Source: an uncultured Candidatus Saccharibacteria bacterium (GTDB lineage Bacteria > Patescibacteriota > Saccharimonadia > CAZHVB01). Taken from it: DNA of 59,351 nucleotides. Both the position numbers and the translations under genes were made by a program. The notes beneath the pieces are model-generated. The model was given only the letters and a program-made list of their open reading frames with translations. It searched no databases and was not told the DNA's origin. Shown piece by piece: positions 26,211-35,789 of this stretch (within the stretch, counting starts at the first letter, position 1; each line of letters begins with the position of its first letter). The DNA is taken from positions 1 to 59,351 of the forward strand of contig CAZRIY010000003.1 in the NCBI GenBank assembly GCA_964600295.1, written 5' to 3'.

Positions 26211-27955
26211 ATATTTCCTTGCTGGAAAAGCCCGTCACGAAACTACGGGCCATCAAATCGCGTCGGGGCGAGCGCCCCAGGGAGCTTGCACTTAGCTTCG
26301 GCGAACAAGATCCGATGGATGTCATTTCTTACGCCGGCCTCGAAGAACAGTCAGCTCATCTAGTGATTGACGGCCGCTACGTGCGTTCGCTATTCATCTC
26401 CGGATACCCGTTTGTCGCCAGCTCAGGCTGGCTTAATAGCCTGATTAATTTCAACCACGATGCAGATATTTCATACCACTTGGGCAGTGTAGATGCCAAC
26501 CAAGCATTACCTAAGCTGCACCGCAAAATTACTGAGCTGGAATCCACCAAGCGAGCGATGATGAGGGCCGGCAAGATCATCGGTCCCGAGCTCACCGATC
26601 CATTGGAATCAGCCATCGGCTTAAGGGACAAAATCCAGCGGGGCCAAGAGAAACTCTTTCAGGTATCAATTTACGTAACCCTGACGGCCGACAACTTGGC
26701 GGAGCTAGACAAGATGACCAAATTACTCGAAACCGCGCTGTCTGCCAGGTTGTTTTTCAGCAAAGTCGCCCGTTACCAGCAGCTGGAAGGCTTGCAGTCC
26801 GTATTGCCGCGGGGAGAGGACATCTTGAACCAACGACGAAACTTGGACAGCTCCTCGGTGGCGTTGACCTTCCCCTTCATGAGTTCCGAACTGGTACAGG
26901 AGACCGGCATACTCTACGGCGTTAATAAATCGAATAATTCGCTGGTAATTCTCGACCGCTTCAGCCTGCACAATGCCAACAGCATCGTCTTCGCCCAATC
27001 CGGCGCTGGCAAGAGCTATGCCACCAAAGTCGAGATTCTGCGCCAGTTGATGCAAGGTACTAAAGTCATAGTCATAGATCCGGAACGCGAATATAAGCTG
27101 CTTAGCAAATCGGTAAACGGAACATATATCAAACTGTCGGCTCGCTCAAGCGAAAAACTTAATCCTTTTGACCTTTCAGTAACTTCCCGCGCCAAGTCCG
27201 ATCTGTCCGAACACACCCAGGACTTGATAGAAGTTATCTCACTGATGGCCGAGGGATTGAGCGCCCGCGAGAAGGCGGCCGTCGACAAAGCAATTCTGTA
27301 TCTCTATAAACAGCCCGGGCAGACTCCGCTATTGGAAGACTTATATCGAGTATTACTTAAGCTCAAACATACCAAGCTATGCGAACGGCTGGAAAAATAT
27401 ATCACGGGATCATTGGCCGGAGTATTTAACGCCCACACCAACATCAAGTTGGATAACCGCTTGGTGATTTTTGATATTAAGGACCTGCCGGAGAGCCTGC
27501 GCCAGATCATGATGATGATCATCTCCAATTTCGTCCAGAACCGGGTCAAAGCCCGCCCGGAAAAACGGCTTTTAGTAATTGACGAGGGCTGGCTGCTGCT
27601 CGAGCACGAGGAAAGCGCCCGCTTTGTGGCCGGCCTGGTGCGGCGAGCCCGTAAGTATTACCTGGGAGTGTCGATCATCTCCCAGCAAGCCAACGATTTC
27701 CTTAAAAACGACTACGGCCGAGCCATAGCCTCGCAAAGCAGCTTGCGGATTTTAATGCGTCAGGACACGACTACGATCAAGAACGTGGTGGCCGAATTCC
27801 ACCTCAGCGAATACGAGCAGAACTTCCTGCTGACCTGCGAAAAGGGGGATGCCCTGATTATCGCCGACCAAAATCACGTAGCGGTCAAAGTCGTGGCCTC
27901 GGACAAGGAACATCCGCTCATTACCACTAATCCTGCCGAGCTCTATCATCTATGA
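26207..27955 (+). CDS. virB4: VirB4-like T4SS ATPase (C-terminal ATPase part)
   Basis: Walker A AQSGAGKSYATK and Walker B LLVIDEGWLLL; 582 aa. Confidence 0.9.
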   Translation: MNISLLEKPVTKLRAIKSRRGERPRELALSFGEQDPMDVISYAGLEEQSAHLVIDGRYVRSLFISGYPFVASSGWLNSLINFNHDADISYHLGSVDANQALPKLHRKITELESTKRAMMRAGKIIGPELTDPLESAIGLRDKIQRGQEKLFQVSIYVTLTADNLAELDKMTKLLETALSARLFFSKVARYQQLEGLQSVLPRGEDILNQRRNLDSSSVALTFPFMSSELVQETGILYGVNKSNNSLVILDRFSLHNANSIVFAQSGAGKSYATKVEILRQLMQGTKVIVIDPEREYKLLSKSVNGTYIKLSARSSEKLNPFDLSVTSRAKSDLSEHTQDLIEVISLMAEGLSAREKAAVDKAILYLYKQPGQTPLLEDLYRVLLKLKHTKLCERLEKYITGSLAGVFNAHTNIKLDNRLVIFDIKDLPESLRQIMMMIISNFVQNRVKARPEKRLLVIDEGWLLLEHEESARFVAGLVRRARKYYLGVSIISQQANDFLKNDYGRAIASQSSLRILMRQDTTTIKNVVAEFHLSEYEQNFLLTCEKGDALIIADQNHVAVKVVASDKEHPLITTNPAELYHL

Positions 27956-28590
27956 ATCTGGTCTGGCCACTATTCAGATTATTTAAGACTGAGATCAAGA
28001 TAGTCCTGGCCTCCCTGGCCGTACTGATAGCGCTGCCGGTGGTTTCGTTGGCGGTGTTTGCGAGCGCCGGCTCAGACATTGTCGGCAAGGCGCTAGCCAA
28101 TCCCGTACCTGGCGGCCAGGCAGTCGAGTTGTTAGACCCGGACGGCAACGTGGTAGCCCAGCAGGAGAAATCCAGCGTCTGGCCGGTGCGAGGGATTGTG
28201 ACCGACGAATTTGGGGTACCCCGCAAGCACGGCATCCACCACGGCATTGATATTGCCAATGAATACGGATTGAGCGGAGACCCAGTTACAGTCTTTAGAA
28301 CAGGCCGAGTAACCAAGGTTGATGACCGAGGCTGGGGCGATTGCGGCCAATTCGTCAGAGTTAACCACGGCGACAACGTCACCTCGATGTACTGCCACCT
28401 TTCGGCGATTTTCGCTGCCGAGGGCGATGAAGTCGAGCCTGGCAAGATTATCGGCCTGGAAGGAAGCACCGGGGAATCCAGCGGCCCCCACCTCCACTTT
28501 CAGATCAGCGTTTACGACGTGCCGGTCAACCCGCGCAATTTTATGATCGGGGAGCCGGAAAGGAATCTGCCAAATGGCGGAGTTTATTAG
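27952..28590 (+). CDS. M23 (LytM) peptidase, T4SS-associated cell-wall hydrolase
   Basis: HHGIDIA ... GSTGESSGPHLHFQI, with an N-terminal TM segment. Confidence 0.9.
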   Translation: MNLVWPLFRLFKTEIKIVLASLAVLIALPVVSLAVFASAGSDIVGKALANPVPGGQAVELLDPDGNVVAQQEKSSVWPVRGIVTDEFGVPRKHGIHHGIDIANEYGLSGDPVTVFRTGRVTKVDDRGWGDCGQFVRVNHGDNVTSMYCHLSAIFAAEGDEVEPGKIIGLEGSTGESSGPHLHFQISVYDVPVNPRNFMIGEPERNLPNGGVY

Positions 28591-31195
28591 CTGGCTCGAC
28601 TGGCTTGCTTCGATAGTACCGACAATAGCGGTGATTATTACGATGGTCGCACTGACACTAATAACTATTTGGATTCTGGCGCGGATACTGCGCTTTTACG
28701 GCTGGATCCGCCAAGAGGCAGTTTACCTGGAGCTAACGCCTCCTTCACGGACTGATCGAGCGTCTCAAGCCACCCAGCAACTCTTCGCGGCCTTGCACGG
28801 AATGGGGATGTCACGTCGCTGGCGCGACCGGCTGCTAATGCGGCAGAGTCTGTTTGCTTTCGAAATTGTTTCCACCAAGTCCGAGGGGATTCGATTCTTG
28901 GTGCGCATCAGCCGCGAAGATGCCGGCACGCTTGAACGCACCATCGCCGCCTACCTGCCGGAAGTTAAGGTGGCCAGTGTAAATGAGCAAATCAAACTAA
29001 ACCCGAGCAAAAAGTCCCGCATAGTAGAGTTTAGGCAGAAACAACATTTCGCTTTCCCGCTACAAAATCACGAAACCCTGGAGATTGAGGATCCGATAGC
29101 CTACATTACTAGCGCAATGACCAAGCTGGCGCCGAGTGAGCGAATGGTCTATCAGATGGTCGTGACACCTGTGCACGTCCCTCAAGCCGATACTTTAAGC
29201 CATAAAATCCTCAGCAACGAGGACCTGCTGCCAAGGCTCAAAGGCAACCGCTCATACGCATCGCCGATCACGACCGCTATCAACTCGCTGTTGTTTGGTC
29301 TAATCGGCGCTGTCGGAAATCTGGTTCACGGTCCCTCCAAAAGCGATTATCGTTCGGCTCAAAAAGACTTGGAGTATCAGAAACAAGTTGCCAAGCGGCT
29401 GAAGCCGGCCAGAACGCTAAGTTATTTTGAGCACGAATTGGTTGAATCAATCCATCAGAAGCTCGCAGAACCCTTGTTCAGGGTTGAACTGCGGGTACTG
29501 CTCGACTGCGCGGACAAGCAGGAAATCCTACAACGCCAGAAAAGCCTGGAATCGGCGCTAAGTTTGTTCAACGTGCCCCGATACCAGGGCCTGACGCGCA
29601 AAGGAAGATGTTACGGCTGGTTCAGGACCTACCAGAATTTCAGGTTCGCCCATCGTCTACCTGCGGTCCTCCGATCAGCAAACCTGCTGGCAGCCACCGA
29701 ATTGTCGGGTCTGTTCCACTTTCCGCATTCGGTCACTGCTAAGACTGAAAACGTAATCAAATCCTTGAGCAAAACCCTGCCGGCTCCGGTGTCGCTGAAA
29801 AACGACGGTAAGCTGGACGTGCTGCTGGGCGAAAATCAACACCAAGGTACAACTACCACCATCGGGTTGGCCGCTTCCGAGCGTGAACGTCATATCTATA
29901 TCCTGGGAGGGACGGGTAATGGTAAAACCACTATGTTGCGGTACGGGATTGTCCAGGATATCAAAAACGGCAAAGGCCTAGCGGTGATAGACCCGCATGG
30001 TGACCTCGCCGCTTCGATTTTGCGCCACATTCCACAAGATCGTATAAACGACGTCATTTATTTGAATCCGGATGATGTCACCCACCCCATAGGGCTAAAC
30101 TTGCTGGAACTGCCTCAAGGCCTGAGCGCGGATGACTTATTGCGCGAGAAAGACTTAGTAACTGAAGCTACTATCTCCGTCATGCGTAAGCTTTTCTCCG
30201 ACGATGACTCCGGTGGCCACCGCATCGAATACGTCTTGCGAAACGCTATTCAAACAGCTTTGACTATTGAAGACGCTACTCTGTTTACAATTTTCGAATT
30301 ACTCAATGACACCAAGTATCGGCAGGCAATTACGCGAAATCTGGAAGACAAATATCTCAAGAATTTCTGGCGCAACGAACTGGGCAAAGCCGGCACATTC
30401 CAAAAAGTTAAGATGGCTGCCGGTATTACCGCTAAGATCGGGCGGTTTCTATTTTCCGCGTCGGCAAAACGAATACTCGAGCAACCAAAGTCCACTATCG
30501 ATTTTGACGATATTCTCAATTCTGGAAAAATTCTAATTTGTAATTTTTCCAAAGGACTGCTCGGCGAGGATACTTCAACTTTATTTGGTACCACAGTGCT
30601 CGCCAAGCTACAGCTGGCTTCACTCAGGCGCGCCCGCCTGGACGAGCATAATCGTCAACCTTTTTACCTCTACGTTGATGAGTTTCAAAACTTCGCCACG
30701 ATGGCGTTCGTGCAAATGCTATCGGAAGCTCGTAAATACAGACTATTCCTGACATTGGCCGAGCAGTCAGCCGCCCAACAGGAAGAGCAGAAATTGGTGG
30801 AAATTATCCTAGCCAACGTTGGCACGATAATTTGCTTCCGGTCGGGTAGCCCGGCAGATGAGCGGTTGGTCTTACCTTTGTTCAAACCCTTCCTTGAGAG
30901 CGGAGAGATCGCCAACTTGCCCGCATATAACTTCTACATGCGCATAGCGGCACTCCAAGCCCAAGAACCAATGTCGGGTGTAACAGTCCTGTTAAAGGAC
31001 GATGGGAGTGAAAATATTGCAAAAGAGGTTATATCAGCATCGCGCAGAAACCATGCTATAAGATTTAGACCAAAAACCGAGAATAAGCGGCCGGTAGCGC
31101 GCGTTACTACAGGCGAAACCGAGGTTAAACGGGCTGGCGCTAGCGGCGGCCTGCAACCAGCCTTGCGTCATCCCAAGCCCGCTCCAAAGCCCTAA
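28574..31195 (+). CDS. type IV coupling protein (VirD4/TraD/TraG-like ATPase) with large N-terminal domain
   Basis: N-terminal TM segment, Walker A GGTGNGKTT and Walker B YLYVDEFQNF; 873 aa. Confidence 0.85.
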   Translation: MAEFISWLDWLASIVPTIAVIITMVALTLITIWILARILRFYGWIRQEAVYLELTPPSRTDRASQATQQLFAALHGMGMSRRWRDRLLMRQSLFAFEIVSTKSEGIRFLVRISREDAGTLERTIAAYLPEVKVASVNEQIKLNPSKKSRIVEFRQKQHFAFPLQNHETLEIEDPIAYITSAMTKLAPSERMVYQMVVTPVHVPQADTLSHKILSNEDLLPRLKGNRSYASPITTAINSLLFGLIGAVGNLVHGPSKSDYRSAQKDLEYQKQVAKRLKPARTLSYFEHELVESIHQKLAEPLFRVELRVLLDCADKQEILQRQKSLESALSLFNVPRYQGLTRKGRCYGWFRTYQNFRFAHRLPAVLRSANLLAATELSGLFHFPHSVTAKTENVIKSLSKTLPAPVSLKNDGKLDVLLGENQHQGTTTTIGLAASERERHIYILGGTGNGKTTMLRYGIVQDIKNGKGLAVIDPHGDLAASILRHIPQDRINDVIYLNPDDVTHPIGLNLLELPQGLSADDLLREKDLVTEATISVMRKLFSDDDSGGHRIEYVLRNAIQTALTIEDATLFTIFELLNDTKYRQAITRNLEDKYLKNFWRNELGKAGTFQKVKMAAGITAKIGRFLFSASAKRILEQPKSTIDFDDILNSGKILICNFSKGLLGEDTSTLFGTTVLAKLQLASLRRARLDEHNRQPFYLYVDEFQNFATMAFVQMLSEARKYRLFLTLAEQSAAQQEEQKLVEIILANVGTIICFRSGSPADERLVLPLFKPFLESGEIANLPAYNFYMRIAALQAQEPMSGVTVLLKDDGSENIAKEVISASRRNHAIRFRPKTENKRPVARVTTGETEVKRAGASGGLQPALRHPKPAPKP

Positions 31196-31248
31196 TTTAG
31201 CGCACTATATGGAAAGCAGCCTCAGTCAGTAATCTCTGAATGCGAGTT

Positions 31249-32499
31249 TTATACGGTGTCCAATGTAAGCCAGTTGTCTGTTGGCGACTTTTGTTTACTC
31301 GCTAATTCCGCCTTATCACTGCGCCGTTCTTGTTCCCAGTTAATCCGTTCCGATACCCATTGTGGATTAGAATAATTATTTACACTCTCTTGAGTAGACT
31401 GCATTCTTGAGTCAATATCCTCCAAAGCCTTTTGGCGCTCTGCGCCTTCAAGCTTATTATTAACGATTACTCTATAGCGTTGAAGTACCCCTAGGTTCGC
31501 TTTTATAATTTCGAGGTTGTTCGCATAATCGTCAGCGGTTTTATCGGGGTTATATTTGCCATACCTGCCAGCTAAATCAATCGGCACCGAGGCCCAGCCG
31601 ACCACTTGACCAAGCTCCTGATCAGCAGTGGTTTTCCCAGCCACCTTTGAAGAATGAAAGTCTACTATGCCAAAACCAGCTTCTGGATCGTAAAAGAAGT
31701 TTGAGGGTTTGGGATCAATTTCGATACCTTTTTGATGTGCGGTAACTAGGGTGTCTACCAATTCGCTAAGTTGATGGTCAGTTATTTGCTTAATTTCATC
31801 AACCGTGAGGTTGCCCATCTCTTTACCTGGCATCATTTCGGCAACCGTAACTCCATCTTCGTAAGACGCAGCTACAATCTGCTCCAAGTGAGGGATGCCC
31901 TTACCTAAAACTGCGCCTGCAAGATGGGAATCAATTGCTTTTGGGTTTGCAGCTTTGCCCCCCGGAACTCTAACCGCATATTCTTTTCCCTCATGACTGA
32001 TAGAGAAAGCCATTGCGTTAGAGCCGCCGCCGATAAGTGCGGGGTGTTTGCTCCGAGTAGCGGGGTCTTCCAGCTCAGTCCTCAACCTATTAATCACAGG
32101 TGCGAATTCTCCATACGATTTAAGCATTTCGGCACGCCTCTGTATGCTTTCATAACGAGCACCCCCGACAGAGCGTAGAAACTTAAGGTAGTCGCCCGCT
32201 GTGGCTACCGACCTTTCTGTACCTTCTTCTAATTTAAGCGGTTTACCGCTTTCATCCCTATGGTATTCTCTACGATCTGTAACTCTTGTTACGTCCTCCA
32301 CGCCCTTGATCGCCAAATTGCCGAGATTATTGAAAAGGTGGCGTCGGTCTTCAAAATCTTCGACTCGCTCTGCCGCAAAAGCAGCTATCTGAGCTTGCGT
32401 AACTTCGGGGTGCTTGGATTCTTGTATATCTGGTACGTTTTGGGCTCGCATGAGATGCTCTGCAACAGCTTGATCGATTTGTTCGATTTCTTCGGCCAT
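31249..32499 (-). CDS. protein-kinase-like fold protein with shared N-terminal MAEEIEQIDQAVA motif
   Basis: Gly-rich loop LIGGGSNAMAF, then YAVRV, a catalytic-loop-like GIEIDPKPSNFFY and a DFG-like GIVDFHSS. Confidence 0.6.
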   Translation of the reverse strand: MAEEIEQIDQAVAEHLMRAQNVPDIQESKHPEVTQAQIAAFAAERVEDFEDRRHLFNNLGNLAIKGVEDVTRVTDRREYHRDESGKPLKLEEGTERSVATAGDYLKFLRSVGGARYESIQRRAEMLKSYGEFAPVINRLRTELEDPATRSKHPALIGGGSNAMAFSISHEGKEYAVRVPGGKAANPKAIDSHLAGAVLGKGIPHLEQIVAASYEDGVTVAEMMPGKEMGNLTVDEIKQITDHQLSELVDTLVTAHQKGIEIDPKPSNFFYDPEAGFGIVDFHSSKVAGKTTADQELGQVVGWASVPIDLAGRYGKYNPDKTADDYANNLEIIKANLGVLQRYRVIVNNKLEGAERQKALEDIDSRMQSTQESVNNYSNPQWVSERINWEQERRSDKAELASKQKSPTDNWLTLDTV

Positions 32500-32508
32500 G
32501 TTATTCGT

Positions 32509-33912
32509 TTAGGCTGCTTTGAGCTGCTGCATGTCTGAACGTATTGCAGCTAACTTTTCACGAAGTTTTTCTAAGTCTGGCTCGCGGAATACCTCAACTG
32601 CATTTTTCTTTTTTTCAAGTATACTCAGCTCTATTCGGTCTTTGCCGTAGTGACCAATAAATTTTCCGACGCTTGTGAAGAACCCTGACCCCTTTAAGTA
32701 TTTGTCTTGTCTAAGCTTTCCTGCCTCGTCGATTATGACTGTGAGGTTTATGGGTTCATCGGTTTTTTGAGCGCCAACTTGATCAGCGGTTTCTTCTGCC
32801 GGCTTAGGTAGTGTGAGGTAATCGACAGTTATACTTTGAGAGTACTTCAGATTCAATGATACTGTGATTCTCTCATCGTAAACCCCAAATCTACCGGTAC
32901 CGGGGTTATGAACAAAAGTATATTCATATGGCATGTTGTCATAATAATGGTCGTTTTTGGTCAACATGCCCTCGTATTGCCAACCCTTTGAACCGACGCC
33001 TTCACCTGGAGTCAGACTTTCAAGTGCCTTGGCCTCCACTATTTCCAAAAATCCGTCGTGAACTTCCTTGGCTCCGGGCAGCTCCTTGCCCTTTTTAATA
33101 GCTTGCCACTCCGCAAATTTTTCTTGTTCAGCAATATGAGCGCGTTCCCGATTGGCAGCCAGCTTTATGGCGTCCTCATCGCCAGCCTTTACTTTTTCAT
33201 CAAGGTACAACAAGCCATGAAGTTTGTCTTGAATCTGCTCTAATTCGTCGAGCTCGTCAACCTCTTCTTGGTCAGAGTCATAGTTGCGGTATTCATAATC
33301 TGCTATTTTCCAATCTTCATGGTCCATACCTCCAGCTTCAGGATGAGGCCGAGGACCGGGGTGCGAAGGCTTAAACCCGGATGATCCTAGCTTTCTGATA
33401 GACTCTATACGAGTTTGAGAAGCACCTAACGAAGATTGTGCTTCGGCTATGTTTCGTGCAAGGTAGTTCGCCGCAAGTGTGTTTTGCTCATTCTCGGCGT
33501 GAATCTCATTAAGGCTTTTCATGCTCTCGTTGGCCTTGGGCAGACCTTCCTTCCATTCGGCATCTTCTTCCTCGTCTATTTCACCTTCGAAAGCAAGTGG
33601 ATGTTCATCTGGATCTAATGGAAGGTCATCTCCCTCATTGTAGAGCACGCCGGGTTTGCGGCCGGTGGCTTCTTCCCAAAAGCCAGGGTCTTCTGAACCA
33701 TCCGCTTCGGGATCTTCACCTTCGCCAATAGGAAGACCACCCCGCAATTTCTGTTCTTTAAGATCTTCGCGCTTCTCCCAGGCCTCATACTCATCGTCAG
33801 CGCTTTCAGCTACCGGTTTGGCATTAGCTATACCACCGGTGCTAAGAGTGCTTGGCTTTGATTTCGCTGAGCCTGCAACAGCCTGATCAATGTCTTCGAT
33901 TTCTTCGCCCAT
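32509..33912 (-). CDS. acidic hypothetical protein with shared N-terminal MGEEIEDIDQAVA motif
   Basis: 467 aa and very Asp/Glu-rich in the N-terminal half. A 9-nt gap separates it from the downstream kinase-like gene. Confidence 0.5.
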   Translation of the reverse strand: MGEEIEDIDQAVAGSAKSKPSTLSTGGIANAKPVAESADDEYEAWEKREDLKEQKLRGGLPIGEGEDPEADGSEDPGFWEEATGRKPGVLYNEGDDLPLDPDEHPLAFEGEIDEEEDAEWKEGLPKANESMKSLNEIHAENEQNTLAANYLARNIAEAQSSLGASQTRIESIRKLGSSGFKPSHPGPRPHPEAGGMDHEDWKIADYEYRNYDSDQEEVDELDELEQIQDKLHGLLYLDEKVKAGDEDAIKLAANRERAHIAEQEKFAEWQAIKKGKELPGAKEVHDGFLEIVEAKALESLTPGEGVGSKGWQYEGMLTKNDHYYDNMPYEYTFVHNPGTGRFGVYDERITVSLNLKYSQSITVDYLTLPKPAEETADQVGAQKTDEPINLTVIIDEAGKLRQDKYLKGSGFFTSVGKFIGHYGKDRIELSILEKKKNAVEVFREPDLEKLREKLAAIRSDMQQLKAA

Positions 33913-34026
33913 TTTTATACTTTATTTAATGATTTTTGTTTTATTTGGAGAATATGTACAAATTATAGAACCAGGGGTGCGATTTTGCAAGGGTACTTCG
34001 ATGCAAACCGACCAGATCAGGACTGC

Positions 34027-34635
34027 TCAACTCTTTTGCGCTACGAATCTCAACCACATATCGTCAGAATCTGCATAAACCACATCAAATCCTTTAGAAA
34101 CAAGGAGGTCTTTAAAGGGCGCCTGCTCCCAATAGGAGAAGTAGCGTGGCATTCCTAGCCGTCTCTCTGTCCAACTTTCACCTTTGCCCTTACTAACGCT
34201 AACCGAGAAAATACCCTTTTCCTTAAGTGCCGCGTGGATTTTCGTCACTGCCTCTGACACTTGATCGCGGGTGAGGTGCTGCAGCACAGCCGAACAAAAG
34301 ATAAGGTCATACTCTTTTTTTATAGCGTCAGTGACAATGTTCAGTACTCGAGCCTTTCTCCCGGCGTCTAATAAACGGCGCACAAGGGATTCGGCCGCGT
34401 CTGTCAGCTCAATGTTATAGCCATGAGATTCTATATACTCTGCGTCAGATCCTGACCCGCTACCTATCTCCAAAATCTTACCTTTGATTGGAACTTGTCT
34501 TAGCGAAGCGTCAATCCAGCGTTTTACCTGGGGGCTTCCTCGGTTCGTTGGAGCGTCTAGATACTCCTCTGGCCGCTCATTGTATGCACGAACAGTTATA
34601 GCGTTGGGATCTTCGTTTGAACTATGCTTTGCCAT
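34027..34635 (-). CDS. class I SAM-dependent methyltransferase
   Basis: Motif I ILEIGSGSGSDAEYI. Confidence 0.85.
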   Translation of the reverse strand: MAKHSSNEDPNAITVRAYNERPEEYLDAPTNRGSPQVKRWIDASLRQVPIKGKILEIGSGSGSDAEYIESHGYNIELTDAAESLVRRLLDAGRKARVLNIVTDAIKKEYDLIFCSAVLQHLTRDQVSEAVTKIHAALKEKGIFSVSVSKGKGESWTERRLGMPRYFSYWEQAPFKDLLVSKGFDVVYADSDDMWLRFVAQKS

Positions 34636-34710
34636 GCTTAAAGCGTAACAAATAATATCACTAGTTGGCTGGTTGGCTCCCGGTAGTGGAGAAAGTTAGG
34701 ATCATTAAAA

Positions 34711-35064
34711 TTAGCACATGGATAAACAAGCGCTTACTAAATCACCCTTGCCCACATTCAGGCGGCTCGTTAATAGGCCTGCAAACGATTTTTGTTGCCC
34801 GTCCTCAATCGGGCTGCTTGAGCGCACGGCCACGTATTTATTACCCAGTTTTTTACAGGCGGCGAATAAGTGATCAGCAAAGCTGGGGGCGGCTCTTAGA
34901 CCGTGCTTCAGGGCTTGTCTGTGGGCGGAAGTGGTAATTATAAATCCAGACGGAAGTTGAATACCCTTAAGTCTAGATAATAGGGCAAGTTTTAGGGCCT
35001 TCGCGCCTACCAGCGACCGCTGATTGTCTTTGATCTCGCTCAGCCAAATTATCTCATTTTTCAT
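34711..35064 (-). pseudogene. fragment of a PEP-utilising enzyme N-terminal (PPDK_N / ATP-grasp) domain
   Basis: The 117-aa sequence LVGAKALKLALLSRLKGIQLPSGFIITT matches the start of proteins that are normally about 800 aa (PEP synthase / rifampin phosphotransferase type). The remainder is missing. Confidence 0.55.
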
Positions 35065-35085
35065 AACTGGGCAAGTAGAGTCTAA

Positions 35086-35541
35086 CTATATATGCTTCTT
35101 GTAATGGAGCCAGGTGGGCGGAGCTTCTTTGAACCCTACCATATCATAGAATTGTTGGGCCGAACTGTTATTCTTGGCTACGTCGAGCATTACGGTTCTA
35201 ACTCCTTGGCTTCTTAACCAATCTATACATTGTTTTATTAACTTCCCAGCCCATCCTTGTCGACGGTATTTTGGCGACACATAGAGATCATATATCCAGC
35301 CTTCACCCACCACATTGCCGGTTTGAGCCATTGCGAACCCTACAATTCGGCTCTCATGCTCAAGCACGTATCCTTGGTGTTGAGGCTTAAACCACATTGG
35401 CAAATAGTTGCGGGCTTGAGTTTCTAGACCTTTTTCATCAACTTCTTTCTTATTAAGTTCAACGTTATGGTAACGATCTGAATCGATCAATAAGGGCAAA
35501 AGTCGTTCGGCGTCTTGCGGCTTAACTTTTCTAATCTGCAT
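35086..35541 (-). CDS. GNAT-family N-acetyltransferase
   Basis: YRRQGWAGKLIKQCIDWL acetyl-CoA motif; 151 aa. Confidence 0.85.
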   Translation of the reverse strand: MQIRKVKPQDAERLLPLLIDSDRYHNVELNKKEVDEKGLETQARNYLPMWFKPQHQGYVLEHESRIVGFAMAQTGNVVGEGWIYDLYVSPKYRRQGWAGKLIKQCIDWLRSQGVRTVMLDVAKNNSSAQQFYDMVGFKEAPPTWLHYKKHI

Positions 35542-35789
35542 TATTCAAATCTCTATTTCTTTCCGTCTTGTACTATTACTATTTTACGGTCTGGCAGGGG
35601 TTAAGGTCCAACTATAGAACTTTAATAAACCCTGAGCCGAGTATAGCACCGGCCAACGTTCGTGAAGCATTCGTCAATTGAAACGAAAAACGGCCTGATG
35701 CATTATGGTTGCGCTTAACTCCAGTGCGAGTGTATAATATGCACATAAGTTCCAATCAAAAATAGAAAAAATTTAAAAAGGACCCATAA

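Noticed and set aside
27927-28497. 180-aa and 121-aa minus-strand ORFs
   Set aside because: They are antisense to the M23 peptidase gene, which has clear HxxxD and HxH motifs.
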